A DNA stretch of 64,000 nt from an uncultured Hyphomicrobiales bacterium (GCA_964524325.1 CAZGCT010000003.1:196410-260409), one strand, 5' to 3'; positions 8,702 through 20,200 are shown, counted from the stretch's first letter. Numbers and translations are program-made. Notes: generated by a model not told the origin, from the sequence alone.

Positions 8702-9505
8702 TTTACTTTTCATTTCATTTGTTATTTCTTTTTCCAACCTTTCAATATTCGTCCTTTTACTCAACTCTAAGTAATTCCTAATTGCAATTGCTTTAGCGGA
8801 CTTTTTTGTTATTAATGTGGAAATGTTGGAAATTACATTTCGAAATTTTTTTATTTGCTTTTGAAAAACATGTAAATTTTAAGTAAATTATGTAGTATAA
8901 CCAGAAGAGCTTAAAAAATAATTTCTTAGATGGTCACATGGTGTAGACTTCATTTTTTGTTTTAGTTCGGGGTTATTCTTAAAATTTTAAAATTCTCTTA
9001 TTTCAAACTAGTAGTAAAGCAATATTTTTCATGCTTTGCGATTAATTTCTCGAGATCCTTGCAGAAAGGCTGACTAACATTTAAGTGGTTTTAACGTAGA
9101 AAAAAATCATTTTCTTTGGAGATATTTTATTTTAATGCTGTTTCCCAGACCAATAGTCTATGGTATTTGTTTTAAAGATATTCTTAATCCTCATCAATTA
9201 ATCCTTATTAAAAAGGCATAAATAAAGAGGCATTGATGTTTAGGAAAATTTGCTATAAATTGGATAACAAGTTATGGTGTTGCACATGCTATAGTTATTT
9301 GAAAAAACAAACAAAGATAATTACTTGGTAAATAACATTAAAAAAATAATTAAGACATAGAAAATAAATTATTTAGATATAAAAATATTAGAACAACATC
9401 AATAATAAATCATTTCATTATTTTATCATTTTTTTAAAAAAGAGAAAAATTTTTAGGTAGAAGCTGAAAAACTTTTTAAGTATTTTACCGCATATCCAAA
9501 CCTAG

Positions 9506-9579
9506 TCGGGGTGACTGGACTTGAACCAGCGCCCCCTACGTCCCGAACGTAGTGCTCTAGCCAACTGAGCTACACCCCG
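9506..9579 (-). tRNA. tRNA-Pro (anticodon CGG)
   Basis: The reverse complement folds as acceptor CGGGGTG/CACCCCG, anticodon loop TTCGGGA, T-loop TTCAAGT. No CCA is encoded. Confidence 0.85.
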
Positions 9580-10146
9580 TATAAAACAAAATTAGGAAAA
9601 AAGGATGTTTCTACCAAAATTACGCCGAATGCCCAAGTAATTTTTTCAACAAAAATCAACTTGAGATATACTATAGTTTGTAAAATTTCAGATTGAACTT
9701 TTAGGAAGGATAATTTTTTTTGAAATAATCTTTTCCAAATCTTGAAACCTTTTGTTAAATTTTCAACAGTTCGAACTTTACTAATCAAGCTAATTTCCCC
9801 AATAATGAAATAACTTTGGAAAAGGGTATGTCAGTAAGGGAACTAAAAGGTTAGGAAGGAATGGCTTGGTCGATTGAAGTGTCTTTAATGAAAATTCCTC
9901 CAGCTATGTTTAAAAAGTTCTTACAACGAAAGGTAAAGTTTAACTTTTATCCAAGACAGCAGGAATCCTTTGAAACTTTTGAAATCGTACCTATTAAATT
10001 TCTTTCTTTATGAAAAAGAAACACAAAAAAGAGTAGGGGATCCAAGAGTTAAATTTCTGAAAAAAAATCAAAAGGAAATAGTCCTGTTGAAATTTGGAAC
10101 AATGTTCTCAAGGTGAATTTTTATAAGTCTTTGTGAAACGTTAAAT

Positions 10147-11337
10147 TCAAACATTTTTTGTCTTCAAATTAAAGAAAATTGCAAAATAAACGAAAATTAA
10201 AAAGCCAGCTAATCCGGATGTAAATAAAGCTACTGTGGATCCCCAAATAGACCAAATTAAACCAGTTATGGAACTTGCCAAAAGTGTAACAATGCTATAA
10301 AAAGCATTAAAGGAACCTAGAGCAGTAGCTGTTTCCTCCTTAGGTACAATGTTTGTAATCAAGGCCTTTGAAATGCCTTCAGTGGAAGCATTGAAAAAAC
10401 CATATATGAAAAAAACAAATATTAACCAAGCAAAATGACCACTGAGGTTGATTGACGTATATACAAGCGAAAAAATAAATAAGCCGAATGTCAAAACTTT
10501 TTGAAAACCAATTTTATCGGCGAGTTTTCCAGCTGGAAAAGAAAGTAGAGAATAACTAAAATTGAATTGTATATAATACAAAACTACATTAGTGTCGGTA
10601 AAGCCGTATTCTTTCAATTTCAAGAGCAAGAAGAAATCTGAACTATTGAAAAGAGAAAAAAGCAATAAAGGAATAACTAATTTTTTATAATTTTTTGAAG
10701 AGTTTATTAAATAATTCCAGAAAATCCAAACACTTAAACTTGAGTGAGTCTTGGAATATTTAATACTTGACCCTTTCTCTTTCAAAAGAAAGCAAAGCAC
10801 AATAACCACAATTCCCGGAATGATTGAAAAAATAAATAGGTATTTATAATCAGAAAAAAAATAGTTTATAAGTAGTAATGTTAGCAATGGACCAAATACA
10901 GCACCAAGAGTATCCATACTTCTATGAAAACCAAATATTTTGCCTTTATTTTCATTAGAGGATTCGTCGGAAAGCAAAGCATCACGTGCAGAAGTACGTA
11001 CCCCTTTTCCAAATCTATCCAAAGTTCTTGCAAAAAAAACCCAAAAAGGGTATGGAAGCAAACCCATCATTGGTTTTGCAATCGAACTAAGGGAATAACC
11101 CAATCGAATAAATGGAACTCTTTTGCCTATTTTATCCGACCAAGCACCGAAGTACCCTTTGCTTATACCGGCAAGGGCTTCGGCAATGCCTTCAAGAAAT
11201 CCAATAATAGCGATGGAAAAACCTAATGTTCTTAAATAAATTGGAATTATCGGGTATAACATTTCACTTGCAACATCTGTAAAAAAACTAATTGCGGAAA
11301 GTATAAGAATTGTTTTGGTAAAATATTTGGTTTTCAT
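10147..11337 (-). CDS. MFS transporter
   Basis: 396 aa, about 12 predicted TM helices, and MFS-like motifs (GAWSDKIGKR). Confidence 0.7.
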   Translation of the reverse strand: MKTKYFTKTILILSAISFFTDVASEMLYPIIPIYLRTLGFSIAIIGFLEGIAEALAGISKGYFGAWSDKIGKRVPFIRLGYSLSSIAKPMMGLLPYPFWVFFARTLDRFGKGVRTSARDALLSDESSNENKGKIFGFHRSMDTLGAVFGPLLTLLLINYFFSDYKYLFIFSIIPGIVVIVLCFLLKEKGSSIKYSKTHSSLSVWIFWNYLINSSKNYKKLVIPLLLFSLFNSSDFFLLLKLKEYGFTDTNVVLYYIQFNFSYSLLSFPAGKLADKIGFQKVLTFGLFIFSLVYTSINLSGHFAWLIFVFFIYGFFNASTEGISKALITNIVPKEETATALGSFNAFYSIVTLLASSITGLIWSIWGSTVALFTSGLAGFLIFVYFAIFFNLKTKNV

Positions 11338-11525
11338 ATCTTAAAAATGCAAAAATAATAACTATGATCGTTGTAACAATTTTACTTTTGTTTGGTTATA
11401 ATAAGTGTAAATTTTTTTGTGGAAAAATATTATTTTATTTAATTATTAAAAAAATTAAAAAAAAATTATTATATTGCTTTGTTTAATGTTTGAAAATATG
11501 TTAAACTGACTTAAAAGGAGGGGGT

Positions 11526-14500
11526 ATGAACCCACGTAATTTACTCAAAACATTCTTCGCGGTGTTTTTTCTTTTCGTTCTTGCTTTTAGTAACAGTTAT
11601 TCTCAAAAAATGGTGAAGGAAGAAATCACCGAAGGCAAGGAATTCTGGTTCGGAATTCCACTCTGCTGGCTGGACCCTGTAACTCCTGACGGAACCCGTG
11701 GAGATGGGCCAATATGTGTTTGGATCTCTTCGAGAGTTGATACTAAAGGATTCCTCGAGGATTTGGAAACAGGCTCAAGAAAGAATTTCTTAGTTCGTGC
11801 AAATCAAATTACTCAAATTGTTTTCGGCGATGTCTTAATGCACAAACCAGATGATAACGAAATTGTAAGGAATAAGGGAATTCGTATTAAAGCAGACGAC
11901 CCAGTTTCAGTTGCAGTTTACATTTCGTATTCTTGGACAGGCGAGGCTTTTAGAGTTATTCCAGTTGAATGGCTTGGGAAAAAATATGTAACCACGAATT
12001 TGTACCTTGACAAGGTCGGAGCCCAATATTTTCGCCCCCCTCAGATATTAATTACTGCAACCGAAGACAACACAACTTTTAGATATAGACCAACTGCTCC
12101 GACAATTAATCTCGAGGCTGGCCAACTTTCTCAACCGATCAAATTGAATAAGGGACAAACATTCCTAATTCTTGGAAGAATGGAAGAAGGAAGAGTTCAA
12201 GACAATACATCAGACTTGACTGGAACCTACATTGAAGCAAATAAACCTATTTCTGTTATCTCTGGACATACAAAAGGAGCTTTCCCGCGCTACCAATTTA
12301 CTTTTTTAGGAAGAAATGGTAGCTTTATGCGAAACATGATGATTGAAATGATTTGGCCTGTTGAGATGCTTGGAACCCAGTATGTTTCGGTTCCAGTTAA
12401 ATACAACGATAGACCACGAGGAAAAATTGCAGACGACAAAGGGGACATGATCCGTTTTGTCGCAGCATATGACAGTACAATTATTTATCAAATGCGTAAA
12501 GACGGAAGTGGAATGAAGCAAATCAGTGTGATGTTAAAGCGTGGGCAATTCCATGAAATTACTAATCAAGAGGATCCTGCATATTACGAGTCTTCTAAAC
12601 CTGTTCTATGTGCCCAATATGGAAAAACCTGGTGGATCTCACCAGTTAGCCCTAAAGTATCCGACGGAGACGAAATACAAAACCCATCCCGCAATGGTCA
12701 AGGAATGTTAATTATACTTGCGCCACTTCCGCAATGGACCAGCTATGCAACTTTCCGTTCACCGCAAAATATTGATAACTTTGTTGCAATTACATTCCGT
12801 GCCAAAGATTTACCATACCTAAAATTTGATGGCAAAACATTTACCCAAAGATTTGGAACGGCTATTAGCCACATTAATGGAACAGAATTTGCATATATTG
12901 TTGAACAGGTTGGCGCCGGAGATCATTGGATACAAGGTGATACACTCCCCGGCGGTAAGGAAAAAGCCCGCTTTGCTGGTTATGTCTATGGTAATTGGGA
13001 TAGAAGCAAAGATGGGTTTGCATATGGCTATCCAATTGGGGTAAACTATAGCTTGGATTGCGAGGACTCATTGGTTGTTAATGACAAAATGCACTGTGGT
13101 GATGTTGTTGGAGAAGGTATTGCTTTACCACCAAATGCAGATTGTGCCGGGATTTACAACGTCCAAATTGATAAAGCAAATTCCTACAACTATTCCGACG
13201 TGAAAATTGATCCGAATTTCAAACCTGGTGATAAAAAAGTTAATTTTAATCTTTATGTACTTAACCGAAAGGAATCGGCAAAAGCATTTGTTTCTGTTCA
13301 AACTAAATCTGGGCAAACAATTAAAAGAGAATATACCTATGAACCTGAGTTGATTTCAGTTGAACCTACCTTCCTTGACTTTGGAATGATGACAGTAGGT
13401 GTTCCCAAAACAATGACATTTAATGTAACCAACATTGGAAAAGTCCCAGCTACAATTAAAGAACTTAAGCTTAAATCTGGTAGGGTAGAGTTTAGTTTAG
13501 CAAACAATCAACTACCAGTAATATTGGAACCCCAGGAATCAAAACGATTTGAAGTTGTTGCTACTGCAATTGAAAATTCCAGTGTACCAGTTCGAGACAG
13601 TATTATTGCAGTTTTAAGTTGCTACGAAGAAACTATTGTTGGCCTTGAACTTAGAACTGGGGAACCAATCATCTACGTAACTGATGCACGTTGGGAACCA
13701 CAACCAATCGGAAAAGAAGTTCCCCGTAATGTTGAAATTAAAAATCTTGGAAACGTCGACCTGGTAATTACATCCTATGATTATCCAGATAAACTTCATT
13801 TCCGAGTTGATGAGACAACTTTACCAATGCCTTTAACAATTAGGCCAAATGGTATGCATACTTTTACCGTTTATTACAGAGCTGATGTTCCTGGAGTAAA
13901 GCATTCTACTCGTTGCGATTTTGTTTCGAACGCTATAAAAGTTAAACCCTACTCGGATTGGGAAGGTTCTGGGCTTGATGCTGGGCCGACAATCACTGGA
14001 TACGATTGGCAACGAAAGAGAGTAATTGATAAGTTTGCTGGAACTGACAAATATGAAGGTGAAGTAATCATCAATGCAATTGGAAACGCAAAAGTAGATG
14101 TTGTTGACTTAAGAATCGACGGTGATATCGATGGTGTATTTTCATTCGATATGAAGAATGCACCTCTTCAATTAACACCTGATAATCCCGTTCCACTCAA
14201 AGTATGGTTTGCTCCAAAAGCCGAAAAAGAATATGAAGCAGAAATTGTTTTGGTTGGTAGATTTTCCGATAAGCAGCTTGAAGTCCGAGGAACATTGCAT
14301 GGAATTGGAATACTACCCCACATCGATATTAAAGGTTACAAATTCCCGCCGATTATGGTAGGTAATCAAATTGATGGAAATGCTGAAGTATTCCATGTGA
14401 CTGTAAATCCATTGACTGCAATGGAATTAACAGTTTTTAAACTGAGAATCGACGGACCCGACAAAGATGTATTTGAAATTCCCGATGATTACCTAAACCC

Positions 14501-15782
14501 ATCTGAACCAAAGGTGATTCCCGTTGGGGGCAATTGGCTTATCCCAGTTAGGTTTAAACCAAATAGACCCGGGACATTTATTGCCAAACTCATACCAGAA
14601 AGTGACGCCCCAGACGATGTTTCAGGTGATTTAATAGGTGAAGCTTATCAAATTGGGGTTAGAACTTCAGACTACAATTTTGGTAAGATATTTATTACCA
14701 CTGTCCGAGATGGTAGGGTTTACATAACAAATATTGGTAGCAATGATGTAACTATTACTCGAGCAATTGGACAAAGTGTAATTGGTGATTTCAATGAAAT
14801 TGCAATACAAAAGTTGATGCTAAATGATTTTGAAATTCCAGATCAACCTCCATTCAGGTTGCAACCAAAAGATACTCTTTGGGTTTTTGCCCGATTCTCA
14901 CCTCCCGAAGTAAAACAATACAATTTGAAAATTGAATATCAATTCGAAATGGAGTCCGGTGAAACTGGAGTGGCTTATTCCAACTTAATTGGCGAGGGAA
15001 TGGTTTACAAGCTTATTGCTCGAATACCAAAGGGGGTGTACAACGCTAGCCCAGGCCAGCAAGTAGAAGTACAGGTTTTACTTGAAAAACATCCGGACGA
15101 GACTAAAGCTCTCGAAGATGCTCAAATCACCGAGTTTAAGACTCGAGTTTTCTTCAACACTGGTGGCAAGAGTGATGTACAAGAGGTTTACCCAGCAGTT
15201 TCCGAATGCAAAGACATTTCTCAAAGTGGAACACTTTCCGATGGGTGGGATTGCGACTATGCAAAAGTTCTTGAAGAAGATGTCTTGCAAGTTCATATGA
15301 TTTCTAAAGATAAAGTTCTCAAAGGATTTGGAACTTTACTTAAGTTCAAAATGAACACATTCTTAAGTGATTTGGACTTAGTACCTCTACCGGTAGAATT
15401 TCAAGTTTTGAATTTACCAGCTTCAAACTATGTAATCATTCAAAACGAACCTGGAGATATTAGGATTAATCCAGTTTGTGTTAATACAGCAAGGCTAATT
15501 GAACTTTCTGGATTCCAATACTATTTGAAAGATGTTGTGCCAAATCCTATTGAGAATAGTGCTTCGATTGAATACAGTATTGCTTTCGAAGCTCAAACCA
15601 CAATTACCTTGTGGAATGCCTTTGGAGAAAAAGTTGCTACCCTGGTCGATGGCGTTTTGAAACCTGGAATCTACGACCTTAGTTTTGATGTAAAGCAAAT
15701 GGGTATTCCTTCTGGTGTATATTACTGCAAACTTGAGTCTGGTTCTTACACTTCTATGGTATCTTTGACAATCACCAAGTAA
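11526..15782 (+). CDS. large secreted multi-domain (Ig/PKD-like repeat) protein with a type IX secretion C-terminal sorting domain
   Basis: 1418 aa with a signal peptide and a strong Shine-Dalgarno site (aaggaggggg). The last ~75 aa (..GIYDLSFDVKQMGIPSGVYYCKLESGSYTSMVSLTITK) match the Por/T9SS C-terminal-domain pattern. A rho-independent terminator follows. Confidence 0.75.
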   Translation: MNPRNLLKTFFAVFFLFVLAFSNSYSQKMVKEEITEGKEFWFGIPLCWLDPVTPDGTRGDGPICVWISSRVDTKGFLEDLETGSRKNFLVRANQITQIVFGDVLMHKPDDNEIVRNKGIRIKADDPVSVAVYISYSWTGEAFRVIPVEWLGKKYVTTNLYLDKVGAQYFRPPQILITATEDNTTFRYRPTAPTINLEAGQLSQPIKLNKGQTFLILGRMEEGRVQDNTSDLTGTYIEANKPISVISGHTKGAFPRYQFTFLGRNGSFMRNMMIEMIWPVEMLGTQYVSVPVKYNDRPRGKIADDKGDMIRFVAAYDSTIIYQMRKDGSGMKQISVMLKRGQFHEITNQEDPAYYESSKPVLCAQYGKTWWISPVSPKVSDGDEIQNPSRNGQGMLIILAPLPQWTSYATFRSPQNIDNFVAITFRAKDLPYLKFDGKTFTQRFGTAISHINGTEFAYIVEQVGAGDHWIQGDTLPGGKEKARFAGYVYGNWDRSKDGFAYGYPIGVNYSLDCEDSLVVNDKMHCGDVVGEGIALPPNADCAGIYNVQIDKANSYNYSDVKIDPNFKPGDKKVNFNLYVLNRKESAKAFVSVQTKSGQTIKREYTYEPELISVEPTFLDFGMMTVGVPKTMTFNVTNIGKVPATIKELKLKSGRVEFSLANNQLPVILEPQESKRFEVVATAIENSSVPVRDSIIAVLSCYEETIVGLELRTGEPIIYVTDARWEPQPIGKEVPRNVEIKNLGNVDLVITSYDYPDKLHFRVDETTLPMPLTIRPNGMHTFTVYYRADVPGVKHSTRCDFVSNAIKVKPYSDWEGSGLDAGPTITGYDWQRKRVIDKFAGTDKYEGEVIINAIGNAKVDVVDLRIDGDIDGVFSFDMKNAPLQLTPDNPVPLKVWFAPKAEKEYEAEIVLVGRFSDKQLEVRGTLHGIGILPHIDIKGYKFPPIMVGNQIDGNAEVFHVTVNPLTAMELTVFKLRIDGPDKDVFEIPDDYLNPSEPKVIPVGGNWLIPVRFKPNRPGTFIAKLIPESDAPDDVSGDLIGEAYQIGVRTSDYNFGKIFITTVRDGRVYITNIGSNDVTITRAIGQSVIGDFNEIAIQKLMLNDFEIPDQPPFRLQPKDTLWVFARFSPPEVKQYNLKIEYQFEMESGETGVAYSNLIGEGMVYKLIARIPKGVYNASPGQQVEVQVLLEKHPDETKALEDAQITEFKTRVFFNTGGKSDVQEVYPAVSECKDISQSGTLSDGWDCDYAKVLEEDVLQVHMISKDKVLKGFGTLLKFKMNTFLSDLDLVPLPVEFQVLNLPASNYVIIQNEPGDIRINPVCVNTARLIELSGFQYYLKDVVPNPIENSASIEYSIAFEAQTTITLWNAFGEKVATLVDGVLKPGIYDLSFDVKQMGIPSGVYYCKLESGSYTSMVSLTITK

Positions 15783-15804
15783 GGTAATACTTTATAAGTT
15801 ATAA

Positions 15805-15831
15805 CCCAGCCAATTTTGGCTGGGTTTTTTT
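15805..15831 (+). terminator. rho-independent terminator after the T9SS cargo gene
   Basis: A cccagcc..ggctggg stem followed by a T7 run. Confidence 0.7.
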
Positions 15832-15878
15832 GTGTAATATAATTTTTCCATTATCGTTTTAAACTTATTTTAATCCGA

Positions 15879-17297
15879 TTGTTTATGACAAAATCAACAA
15901 ATTTTATTGATGAAATCAAAATTCAAGAGATAATTAATACTAATTCTAAAATCAAACAAGGTAGGGTTAAGGAAATTTTAGACAAAAGTTTAGAATTGAA
16001 AGGAATTTCGCTCGAGGAAGCTGGAGTTTTGTTGAATGTAACTTGCCCTAACGAAATCGAAAAAATTTTCGAAATCGCCGGAAAGATTAAAGATGAGATA
16101 TATGGAAATCGTCTGGTCCTTTTTGCTCCTTTATACATTTCAAATTACTGTTCAAACAATTGTCTTTACTGTGGTTTTCGAGTTGACAATAAAGCTATAG
16201 AGCGTAGAGTATTGTCAATGGATGAAATTAAAGAAGAAACGAAGGTCATTCTTGAACAGGGACATAAAAGAATACTTTTGCTTATGGGGGAAGATCATGA
16301 TAAATGTTCTTTAGACTACCTTATTGATGCAATTTATTCTATTTATTCGGTAAGAGACTCAAAAGGAAGTACTATAAGAAGAATCAACATTGAAATTTCA
16401 CCTCTTAGCGATGATGATTTCAAAAAATTAAGTGAAGTTCCAATTGGTACCTATACCGTTTTCCAAGAAACTTATCACAAAAAAACTTACGAAAAAATGC
16501 ATCCCAAGGGACCAAAACACAACTATTATTGGAGGTTATTAACTATGGATAGGGCCCTTTCTAATGGTATGCATGATGTTGGTATTGGTGCTTTATTTGG
16601 ACTTTACGATTACCGATTCGAGACAATGGCTTTGATTCAGCATTCAAAACATCTTGATGAAACATATGGTGTTGGTCCCCATACAATATCAATTCCCAGA
16701 ATAAAACCAGCTAAAAATGCACCAGCTTCGCATAATTTAAAATATGCAGTTAATGACCAAGATTTTAAAAAAATTGTTGCAATTTTGCGAATAAGCGTAC
16801 CATATACTGGAATAATTTTATCCACAAGGGAACCCGCAAACCTTAGAAATGAACTTTTTAGACTCGGAGTTTCGCAAATAAGTGCTGGTTCGAGAACAAG
16901 TGTTGGGGGATATAAACAAGCTTTCAATGAATTAGGAAAGGATGTGGAAGTCGGACAATTTGCATTGAATGATTGCAGAAGTAGTGGTGAAGTAATTAGT
17001 GATTTAATCAAAATGGGTTTTGTTCCGTCATTTTGCACTGCTTGTTACCGACTTGGAAGGGTTGGACAGGACTTCATGGAGCTTGCAAAACCAGGTTTGA
17101 TTAAAACCCATTGTCATCCAAATGGATTAACTACTCTTAAGGAATATCTTGTCGATTATGCAGACCAAGATACAAAAATTGCTGGTGAGCAACTTATCGA
17201 CCAAGAGCTTTTAAAAATTGAACATGAAAAGCTTAGAAATAAAACTATTGAATATCTAAAAAAAATTGAAAATGGTGAACGAGATTTATACTTCTAA
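15879..17297 (+). CDS. radical SAM protein of the ThiH/HydG family, HydG-like (2-iminoacetate synthase / [FeFe]-hydrogenase maturase-like)
   Basis: Carries the CSNNCLYCGF radical-SAM cysteine cluster (CxxxCxxC). At 472 aa it is longer than ThiH. The C-terminal CTACYRLGRVGQDFMELAKPGLIKTHC fits the CX2CX22C auxiliary-cluster motif characteristic of HydG. Confidence 0.55.
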   Translation: MFMTKSTNFIDEIKIQEIINTNSKIKQGRVKEILDKSLELKGISLEEAGVLLNVTCPNEIEKIFEIAGKIKDEIYGNRLVLFAPLYISNYCSNNCLYCGFRVDNKAIERRVLSMDEIKEETKVILEQGHKRILLLMGEDHDKCSLDYLIDAIYSIYSVRDSKGSTIRRINIEISPLSDDDFKKLSEVPIGTYTVFQETYHKKTYEKMHPKGPKHNYYWRLLTMDRALSNGMHDVGIGALFGLYDYRFETMALIQHSKHLDETYGVGPHTISIPRIKPAKNAPASHNLKYAVNDQDFKKIVAILRISVPYTGIILSTREPANLRNELFRLGVSQISAGSRTSVGGYKQAFNELGKDVEVGQFALNDCRSSGEVISDLIKMGFVPSFCTACYRLGRVGQDFMELAKPGLIKTHCHPNGLTTLKEYLVDYADQDTKIAGEQLIDQELLKIEHEKLRNKTIEYLKKIENGERDLYF

Positions 17298-20200
17298 TCC
17301 TGTTTATTTTTAGTAATTCTCTCCTTTGAGAAAACATAGTAAAATGCAGGAACAATAAAAATTGTTAAAAATGTTGCAGTAATCAATCCAGCTATTGAAA
17401 CAATTCCCAAAGGTGCTCTAAATTCCTTTCCTGCTTCTCCAATTTGCAATGCCATAGGTAACATCCCTAATATTAATGCAAAAGTCGACATGATTTGAGG
17501 CTTCAGCTTAATTGTAGCAGCTTCCAAGATCGCTTCTTTAATCCTAAATCCTTTCTCTCTAAGTAACTGATTTGCATTGTCTAGCACTAAAATGGCATTA
17601 TTTACAACAATTCCTATCAGCATAATAATTCCCATAAGTGAAGAGATATTGTACGTTGTATTTGTTAAAATCATTGCAATAAAAACTCCAATTAATGCAA
17701 GTGGTAGAGTAATCATAATATAAATAGGTTGCACAAAACTTTCAAGAATTGCTGATAAAAGCATAAAAGTAAGGAATGTAGCAATAAAGAAAGCAATTAC
17801 CATGTCGTTAAACATATCTTTCATATACTTCACATCACCAGCCCATTTAAAGGAGTAGCCAGGTGGTAGTTTAATTTCTTTCATTTTTTGTTCTATTTCA
17901 TTAGTAACATTTCCAAGAGGAACTCCAGGTGCATTTGAACCTGTAAATTGGATTCCCTTGTATTTGTCACGATGCAAGATTCTTGACACACTAGTTGAAT
18001 AATCAACATCAGCAATTTGGCTTAATCTATAAGTTCCTTTTGGGGATACAATTGTAACATTTTCAATTTTATTTGGAAGATTAATATCCTCGTCTTGTAA
18101 TGTAATTAGAATATCATATTCATTTCCACCATCGCGAAATGTCGTTGCTTCAATCCCATCAACAGCGGCTCTTATTGTATAAGCTAAATCAATTAAAGTT
18201 AAACCAACATCGGGAAGAATTTCTCTTTTTGGTTTAATTGTAATCTCTGGCTTTCCCTTTCGGGAACTATTATCAAGGTTAATTAATCCAGGTAAACCAT
18301 TTAGTTTTTCAATAACTATTTCTTTGTAGTAATCCAAAGTGTCAACATTTTGACCAAGTAAATAAAATTGAACTGGGTACTGGCCTCCAGAAATTACTTC
18401 TCCGGGCATAACTAACGTTTTAATATTTGTGATATTTTTAAGATCTTCAATAATAATATCAATCATTTGATTAATAGATACATGTCTATCCTTCGAATCG
18501 AAAAGTGTAATAATAATGTATGCAAGATTGGAACCAGTATTCAAATTATCTCTTTTGCCTATGTTTCCAACTATTGTTTTGATTTCAGAATGGCGCTTGA
18601 TTTTTTCAATGACTTCGGTTACTTTTTCTGATGTTGCATTAAGATTGAAATTTTCGGGCAATTCAATTTGTATTTGAACCAAGTTGTTATCTACTTGTGG
18701 AATAAATTCTAATCCAATTTTAGGAGCAAACATTACACTTGTAAAAATAAAACCAACCATGGTCGCTGCAATAATAATAATGCTAACACTTTTGTTATTA
18801 AGTACTTTTTCAAGAAGACTTCTATAAGTATTAGTAAGAAAACCATCTAATTTGTAATAAAAATTTGATAATAAACCTTCATTTTTTTCTTCTTTAGGCA
18901 AGATTAAGCTAGCAAGCAAAGGTGTTAAAGTAAATGAATTAAAAAGGGAGAATAAAGTTGCAAATGTGGCAGCTAATGCTAAGTCTTTTAAGAATTCTCC
19001 AACGATAGAGGACATATTCGCTATTGGAATAAAAACAATTAAGTTGGTAAAAGTTGAAGCAAGGACTGCAACAGTAACTTCTGTGGTTCCTTTGTAAGCA
19101 GCATCTTTTGGAGAATAACCTAAATTTCTCAGTCGGAAAATATTTTCTAGGACTACTACAGAGTTTGCAACCAAAACACCTATAGATACAGAAATACCCA
19201 TTAAAGATAATATATTTAGAGAAAGTCCAAAGGCTTTGAATAAAATGAATGCAGAAGCTATCGAAACTGGCATTGTGATTGCAACAATAAACGTGCTACG
19301 AATGCTGAATAAAAATAAAAACAAGACAATTCCAGTAAAAAGCACTCCAAGATAAATGTTACTCATGGTATCATTAAAAGTTGCACGGGTGAAATCTGCA
19401 CCATCGTAAACCTTTTCGATTTTTATACCCTTCGGCAAGGACTTTTCAATTTCTGGTAAAATTTCTGAAATTAGCTCAGATACTTTAACTGCATTAGCAT
19501 CTGCAGATTTAATAATTGAAAGATTTACTACATTCTCATTCGTAATTTTTTGGGGAATATTATAATAAACTGCCCGATACCTAACATCTTTACCCGTATC
19601 AGAAACATAGGCTAATTGTTCTAACTTTTTAACACCAAATGGAGTTGGTATTTGTAGGTTTTTAATAACGTCGATGGATGGAAACTCTCCTTTGACTCTA
19701 ACAGTAAATTCATCGTTTCCTGTCTGAAAAATTCCCCCAGGAAAGTCAATATTGTAGGATTTTAAAATTTGTGTCATTTGGGGTAGTGAAATTGAATTCT
19801 CAAAAATTTGTCTATTTTCAAACTCTATTCTAATCGCTCTTTCTTGCCCTCCGATTATCTCAACATTAGCAACACCAGAAACTTGTGATATTCTTTCCTT
19901 AATTGTTTTATCGCAAAGCTCATAAAGCTCCACTGGAGAAACGTTACCATAAACAACAAGATTGATAATTGGAAATGCTTGCACATCAAGCTTTTGGATT
20001 ATTGGTTTTTTAGCTTCTGTAGGTAATTTAAACAAGATTTTCTCTACTTGGTCTTTTACCTCTCTATTTGCTACATCGATATCTTTTCCCAACTTGAACT
20101 CTATTAGGATAATTGATGAATTTTCGAGAGAGTAAGACTCAATCCTCTCAATTCCCGAAATAGTTGCAATTTCATCCTCTATAGGTTTTGTTATTAAATT

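Noticed and set aside
8925-8975. Segment 'ggtgtagacttca..agttcgggg', which loosely resembles 5' and T-arm fragments of a tRNA (a possible att-site remnant for the tRNA-Pro island)
   Set aside because: The similarity is only a few scattered hexamers, and the orientation is inconsistent with the minus-strand tRNA-Pro. It cannot be distinguished from chance in AT-rich sequence.
9570-9788. 72-aa ORF on the minus strand overlapping tRNA-Pro
   Set aside because: It overlaps a well-folded tRNA gene. It has low-complexity composition and no ribosome-binding site. It is an almost certainly spurious frame in AT-rich DNA.
16637-17038. 133-aa antisense ORF inside the hydG-like gene. Similar antisense ORFs occur inside pspA (33411-34121), rtcB (56450-56833), motA (59585-59938), purL (24007-24832), gyrA (28448-29170) and others
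   Set aside because: Each is fully embedded opposite a gene with clear family motifs. This is typical of shadow ORFs, and they lack start contexts.
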